Shown: in pieces, positions 7,801-11,698 of the stretch
Position numbering within the stretch: position 1 is the first letter of the stretch
Layout of the letters: every line of letters begins with the position of its first letter
The notes under the pieces: model-generated
Seen by the model: only the letters and a program-made list of their open reading frames with translations
What the model was told of the DNA's origin: nothing
Database searches by the model: none
Assembly: GCA_964401245.1 (NCBI GenBank)
Contig: CAYNXV010000001.1
Span: 1 to 11,698 of the forward strand
Length of the DNA stretch: 11,698 nt
Direction of reading: 5' to 3'
Source: an uncultured Bifidobacteriales bacterium
GTDB taxonomy: Bacteria; Fibrobacterota; Fibrobacteria; UBA11236
Program-made: the position numbers and the translations under genes

Positions 7801-10138
7801 CCGGATTCTTGAAGCCCTGCTTCCAATGGTGGCTTCGGCTGGACTGATGGTCCATACCAGTGCTGCTAGAACTGCCGGGCTTTACTGGTGGCATTTCCGC
7901 TTCGACCCCATAAAGCGTGATTTGATGGAAAATCGCTTGCGGGGCCATGCGGAAATCCTGTCGGTCTTTCCGGATGCTCCGGGCTCGCATGTTTATCGGG
8001 AAGAAATCCAAAAGTATTTGATCCCGGTTCTTGAGGAGGATGCCCTCTTCTTGGAATCCGGGAGTAGCGTCGAATCCCTTAGCACCGAAGCCGCGGGCTT
8101 TATTTTCGATTGGCGGATCTCAAGCGTATTGCGTCCGCCCGTTGACGCTGAAACCGCGGGCCTCTTGGAAGCCTTCGGAGATTCACTTCGCCTGAAAGGT
8201 CGATTGGCCGGATTTGAGAATATGCTCAAAGACCTCTCGGACCATCCCCGCGAAGCATTTTTACTGGCTCGCCATTGGCTTGCCGCAACCGCCGCCTCCC
8301 GCCCGGATAAAACTGGCTGGCAAAGCAGAGTGGATGAGTCCTGCCTCTGGGCTTTACTGGGGGGAATGGAACCCGGGCAGAAATCGGGTGCCTCCATGCA
8401 GGTCGAAGTGATTGGCATGCTGGGTGAACACAAGCAAATCGTAGATGGTCGCTATAATCTCGCTTACGATGATTTCGTGCAAAGATTGCTGGGATTCGAG
8501 AATGAAACCGTTCCCCGTTTTCAGGATTTTGAATCGCTTAGAAAGCAGCTTTCCGACGAAAAATCGGCTTCGTTGCGGCTCGATGAATTCAAACCCAGGG
8601 TTTTGGGCAGCTTCGTACGCAATCGGCTCATCGACAAAGTCTATCTACCCCTGATTGGCGACAACCTCGCCAAACAAATGGGCGTCGTGGGCGACAAACG
8701 CCGTACCGATTTGATGGGATTACTGCTCCTAATCTCCCCGCCCGGATACGGAAAAACCACACTTATGGAATACGTTGCCAGCCGCCTTGGCCTGGTTTTC
8801 ATGAAAATAAACGGTCCTGCCTTGGGGCATGAAGTCACCAGTCTCGATCCTTCACAGGCTCCTAACGCGAGCGCGGCCCAGGAAGTCGACAAACTGAACC
8901 TTGCCCTGGAGATGGGCGACAATGTCATGATTTACCTCGATGACATTCAGCATTGTCATCCCGAGTTTCTGCAGAAATTCATAAGCCTCTGCGATGGACA
9001 GCGGAAAATGGAAGGCCTGTGGCGAGGTAAGACGCGTACTTATGACCTACGCGGTCGCAAAGTCGCGGTGGTAATGGCCGGAAATCCCTATACTGAAATC
9101 GGAGAGACGTTCCGCATCCCGGATATGTTGGCTAATCGTGCGGACACCTATAATCTTGGCGACATCATCGGGGAGAATACAGGGCATTTCGAGCTCAGTT
9201 ATATCGAGAATGCAATGACATCCAACGTAGTTCTCCAGTCTCTGAACAACAAAAGCCGACAGGATCTCTTTCCCATGTTGCAGTTGGCCACAAATGGGAG
9301 TCGCGAGGGTCTGGAGTTCGAAGGTGCCTTCAGTGCGGAGGAGACCCAGGAAATCGTGGGAGTCCTCAAAAAAATGATCAGGGCCCGTGACGTCATTTTA
9401 AAAGTAAACCTCGAATATATCCGTAGTGCATCCCAAAGCGACGCATACAGGAGCGAACCCAGCTTCAAACTCCAGGGATCCTACCGGAACATGAACAAAA
9501 TAGCGGAGAAGATTCTTCCCGTGATGAACGATTCCGAGTTCGAAGCTTTATTGGCTGGGCATTATGAGGGAGAAAGTCAGACACTGACGGCAGGTGCGGA
9601 AGCGAATTTGCTCAAGTTCAAGTCCCTGAATGGCGTCTTGACCAAGGATGAGGCAGTTCGGTGGAAAGAAATATGCGAGTCCTTCAAGGCGCAAAATAAA
9701 GTTAAGCAACTTGGAGGCGACGCCATGGGGGCGATGCTGGGAGAAGTCATGACACTTGGAACCCGCCTGGGTGATATCGGCTCCATTCTGGAAAAAGGCA
9801 TAAATAATACAGGCGAACCTCGCATTCTTCGTCAGGAAATCGATTTGGGATGGGTGGAAAAAAACTACGACATGGGATGGGACACCATCAAGTTTGAAAT
9901 GGGAGATTGGATTGAAAGTCCGGAATTCTGGAAACGAGTTCGTTATTATGTCAGAACCATCCAACCTATTGTCCAGGAACTGGAACCCCTGCGCCGAACC
10001 CTTCTTGAAACCCCTATCGAAAATTGGCCCGCCGGTGAACAGGGCGAAAAATTAGAAGGTTTCAGACAAACCATGAATCGCATCCTTTGGACATATGGTG
10101 GCATGGTCAAGCTGCTGCGAATGGCTGGAAAAAAGTGA
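4859..10138 (+). CDS. Giant (1759 aa) uncharacterised multi-domain protein with one C-proximal MoxR/dynein-type AAA+ ATPase module. Translationally coupled to flotillin.
   Basis: A single uninterrupted 5.28-kb ORF. ATG 4859-4861 overlaps the flotillin stop TGA 4860-4862 (ATGA). N-terminal coiled coil, then a beta-rich region (about aa 60-410), then about 800 aa of alpha-helical sequence. AAA+ motifs: Walker A LISPPGYGKTT (GYGKTT at nt 8744-8761); Walker B VMIYLDDIQ (DD at 8939-8944); NP-type sensor VVMAGNPYTE; arginine-finger-like IPDMLANRAD. An alpha-helical tail of about 280 aa follows. Confidence 0.82.
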   Translation: MSAETKQPVEVLEQGTYEIIQARLREQTENLRQRLDNLNSARKEVFGSIETTLLGNSRLTTEYNCKPRDMVSIGSRFLFGFNIHMGLKSVTRPEDVFSIYRYSEQELLPDSLDVINDPRFQENFQDLYKYYKDTAFKRFSRQGPFLFMVFRVGKVVSDIKVFKWLVEGENLRYVDNRSESEYRYPSQHEFEWTRTHRDRHRSGRHPHVSIEDKVFVETVGGNLTVKIEDNTDDGEGVFSEPVVNADQTLDDAEIFYASLGNLILMKIRPYLEEKYRYFVFSQKTRTCLRMDGIEKACVLLPDDHGIIFSNGYFLQNGEAKVFENPAADMLFDRRVASPNGEDTLFAFHDRQTGAYNLLSYNLIEQTVEIPITCHGFTLFENGVMLVFRDSGESQKHHMVQFWRTPFTGSSHILTSEETTSEAHRFLLKLGNKDVVRAMAECRELITLVVKGESYADVYADLVRKSGTILDTYFWLGDEKAENLAAAVSSLRDTSKQALDEFEKVRRVRIHTTQEIHRVSEVCRKTLAAIAATAFSEMQEFVDNLGKLRTLRGETITLKNLRYADLPQIEGLEKEIAEALSHLSRRCVEFLLQPDSLDGYRTSIQEVESQIPAIAKVAEADELDKRLVQSGSELELLIDIVSNLKIDDTTQSTEIVDRISSLFAELNKCKALLRNRRQQLAGVEAAAEFNVQMKLLGQSVVNFLDLAETPERCDESLSKLMVQLEDLEGKVAGFDEFLDEIGRKREEIYGAFESRKIRIVEDRNRQVQSLERSAERILKSVANKVSHMATPVEINGYFASDLMVDKARSLIKQLRTLGDQIKADGIEAKLKALQEEGQRQLKDKLDLYEEGQDVIKLGRHRFSVNRQPLELTTVLKDDEYWFHLGGTRYFEKIEDSAFLATRPVWVQTLVSENDSVYRGEYLAWQFLKQARAGRLSGPDGALLSWVEASGLRGEFLMIVLHTFMAGRYSEGYVKGQHDVDAARILEALLPMVASAGLMVHTSAARTAGLYWWHFRFDPIKRDLMENRLRGHAEILSVFPDAPGSHVYREEIQKYLIPVLEEDALFLESGSSVESLSTEAAGFIFDWRISSVLRPPVDAETAGLLEAFGDSLRLKGRLAGFENMLKDLSDHPREAFLLARHWLAATAASRPDKTGWQSRVDESCLWALLGGMEPGQKSGASMQVEVIGMLGEHKQIVDGRYNLAYDDFVQRLLGFENETVPRFQDFESLRKQLSDEKSASLRLDEFKPRVLGSFVRNRLIDKVYLPLIGDNLAKQMGVVGDKRRTDLMGLLLLISPPGYGKTTLMEYVASRLGLVFMKINGPALGHEVTSLDPSQAPNASAAQEVDKLNLALEMGDNVMIYLDDIQHCHPEFLQKFISLCDGQRKMEGLWRGKTRTYDLRGRKVAVVMAGNPYTEIGETFRIPDMLANRADTYNLGDIIGENTGHFELSYIENAMTSNVVLQSLNNKSRQDLFPMLQLATNGSREGLEFEGAFSAEETQEIVGVLKKMIRARDVILKVNLEYIRSASQSDAYRSEPSFKLQGSYRNMNKIAEKILPVMNDSEFEALLAGHYEGESQTLTAGAEANLLKFKSLNGVLTKDEAVRWKEICESFKAQNKVKQLGGDAMGAMLGEVMTLGTRLGDIGSILEKGINNTGEPRILRQEIDLGWVEKNYDMGWDTIKFEMGDWIESPEFWKRVRYYVRTIQPIVQELEPLRRTLLETPIENWPAGEQGEKLEGFRQTMNRILWTYGGMVKLLRMAGKK

Positions 10139-10229
10139 CCCTAGTACCCATGAATAAGCGCAATGCCAGAAATGAGCACCCTAAGTACCCGGCTTGGATT
10201 TAGCCATCTCCCTAACGAAAGGAAACACT

Positions 10230-10607
10230 ATGAAATGCGCCAAATGTAAATCCCAAATGGATAAAATCGGTTACATGGGGATCGAAGTGGATAGATGTAA
10301 ATCCTGCTTTGGTATGTGGTTCGACGTGAATGAATTGCAGGATATTCTCAAACTAAAAGGCGGAACGGCCGTGGATATCGGCAATGAGTGGGAATTCAAA
10401 AATTCAAGCCAGATTGAAGATTACAGTTGCCCTGAAGATGGTTTCAAAATGATCAAAATGGTGGATCCAAAGCAAAGCCACGTTTGGTACGAATCATGTG
10501 GGCATTGTAAGGGTATTTTTTTGGATGCCACGGAGTTGAAAAAATTGAATGAAAGAACCCTGGTTTCGCTTTTCAAATCCATTACGGCGCCCGAAAGAAG
10601 AATTTGA
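10230..10607 (+). CDS. Small tandem zinc-ribbon protein (two TFIIB-type / PF13453-like CxxC...CxxC zinc ribbons).
   Basis: ATG at 10230 with AAAGGAAA about 8 nt upstream. The track's longer form from 10194 adds 12 aa lacking an RBS. Repeat 1: CAKCKSQM...VDRCKSCFGMWFDVNEL. Repeat 2: CPEDGFKM...YESCGHCKGIFLDATEL. Both have the zn-ribbon family WFD/FLD...EL motif. Visibly lower GC than the flanking genes. Confidence 0.72.
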   Translation: MKCAKCKSQMDKIGYMGIEVDRCKSCFGMWFDVNELQDILKLKGGTAVDIGNEWEFKNSSQIEDYSCPEDGFKMIKMVDPKQSHVWYESCGHCKGIFLDATELKKLNERTLVSLFKSITAPERRI

Positions 10608-10874
10608 ATATCGAATAGAAGACTACTTGCGAACATTGCAGTTCTAGCGGTTCCGCGAACATTCCCTGCAGAAGGAAGCTTAGATTGACATAGGCCGCAT
10701 TCACGTTCTCCTTTTGGTAAATATGCACTATGTTGCCGGATGCGCCGAAACGCAGGCGTACCGGCCCAAAAGGATCCATTTTCTCGTGGCAGGGGACTGG
10801 CAATGCGAATTCATCCCTTTCCGGATACTTGTTATATTCCTTAGCACTCCAAAACCTCTAGTTCCGGTGTCGCC

Positions 10875-11698
10875 ATGCTCATATTTCGGATCGTATCTCT
10901 ATGCCTGCTTTTCTGCCTCACCCAATCCTTCGCCGAGCCGCCGCGTAACCTTACCTCCGGTGAAATCCATCTCGCCCTCCGCAAGCTCAAGGTCCTGGGC
11001 ACGGTACTCTATGTGGCGGCCCATCCCGACGACGAAAACACCCGCCTTCTTTCGTATTTCGCCGGAGAAAGGCTATTGCGCACCGGATACCTTTCCCTCA
11101 ATCGCGGCGAGGGCGGGCAGAATCTTATCGGCCCGGAATTGGGCACGCTCCTAGGTGTCATCCGGACGCAGGAATTGCTGCGAGCCCGCTCCATCGACGG
11201 GGCGGAACAGTTTTTCACCCGGGCCATCGATTTCGGTTACTCCAAGTCGTCGGAAGAAAGTCTTTCCAAATGGGGGCACGAAGAAATCCTCTCCGATGTG
11301 GTGCGGGTAATCCGGAAATTTCGTCCCGACGTCATCGTAACCCGATTCACTCCCGAAGTGGGTGGGCATGGACACCACCTCGCATCGGCCATGCTGGCGA
11401 AGGAGGCTTTCGTCGCGGCCGCCGATTCGACCCGCTTCACCGATCAGCTTAGGGAGCTTCGACCTTGGCAGGCCCGGCGGGTTTATTGGAATGCATGGCG
11501 ACCGGGGGAGAGAACGGATTCGGCTTCGCTGCTGGGAGGGATTGACGGCGGTATTTTCAATCCCATATTGGGAGAATCTTATTCCGAAATCGCGGCGCGG
11601 AGCCGTAACAGCCATAAGAGCCAGGGATTCGGAACCATTCCCGTGCGAGGGACGGAGCCGGAAAAGTTCCAATATCTCGCGGGCGACAGCGTGTCGGG
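10875..11698 (+). CDS. PIG-L / LmbE-family (GlcNAc-PI de-N-acetylase-like) deacetylase with N-terminal signal peptide. Partial, continues past the window end.
   Basis: My own frame-0 translation: MLIFRIVSLCLLFCLTQSFA|EPP... gives a signal peptide. Zinc-binding signature VAAHPDDE, then LNRGEGG and GGHGHH, all hallmarks of the PIG-L superfamily. The frame is open through nt 11698, which is why the ORF track omits it. The overlapping track ORFs 10714-11154(+) and 11151-11672(-) are low-complexity alternatives. Confidence 0.8.
   Translation, partial: MLIFRIVSLCLLFCLTQSFAEPPRNLTSGEIHLALRKLKVLGTVLYVAAHPDDENTRLLSYFAGERLLRTGYLSLNRGEGGQNLIGPELGTLLGVIRTQELLRARSIDGAEQFFTRAIDFGYSKSSEESLSKWGHEEILSDVVRVIRKFRPDVIVTRFTPEVGGHGHHLASAMLAKEAFVAAADSTRFTDQLRELRPWQARRVYWNAWRPGERTDSASLLGGIDGGIFNPILGESYSEIAARSRNSHKSQGFGTIPVRGTEPEKFQYLAGDSVS

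Noticed and set aside
10795-10815. CTGGCAatgcgaaTTCAT resembling a sigma54 -24 element upstream of the deacetylase gene
   Set aside because: GG is present but there is no GC dinucleotide 10 nt downstream, so the -12 element is missing.
10714-11154. 146-aa plus-strand ORF and the 173-aa minus-strand ORF 11151-11672
   Set aside because: Both overlap the PIG-L deacetylase frame, which has a signal peptide and HPDDE/GHGHH catalytic motifs. Their translations are Pro/Ser/Arg-rich low complexity.
1-11698. Search for CRISPR arrays, IS/transposase genes, integrases, tRNA/rRNA genes
   Set aside because: No array of regularly spaced direct repeats. No DDE-transposase or tyrosine-recombinase-like ORFs. 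No terminal inverted repeats flanking the block. No tRNA-like cloverleaf. The crotonase remnant is the only hint of mobility, and it does not justify calling a mobile element.

Overview
Non-canonical phage-shock-protein (Psp) membrane-stress locus. pspF (sigma54 enhancer-binding activator, minus strand, 182-1120) is divergently transcribed from a plus-strand operon of four tightly packed genes. Between them lies an intergenic region with a sigma54 -24/-12 promoter and two 15-bp palindromic putative PspF-binding sites. The operon is: pspA (PspA/IM30, 1337-2074); a YqiJ/NfeD-like inner-membrane protein (2108-2743); a YqiK-type flotillin/SPFH protein with degenerate EA-rich tandem repeats (2766-4862); and a 1759-aa multi-domain protein with one MoxR/dynein-type AAA+ module near its C-terminus (4859-10138), whose ATG overlaps the flotillin stop. 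No pspB or pspC is present. Downstream are a small, AT-richer tandem zinc-ribbon protein (10230-10607) and the 5' part of a secreted PIG-L/LmbE-family deacetylase (10875 to the window end; absent from the ORF track because it has no stop inside the window). The first 106 nt carry the end of a crotonase-fold (enoyl-CoA hydratase) reading frame that stops early relative to the family. No rRNA, tRNA, CRISPR array or transposase was recognised. The most interesting element is the giant AAA+ protein embedded in the PspA-flotillin operon, which I cannot assign to a named family from sequence alone.
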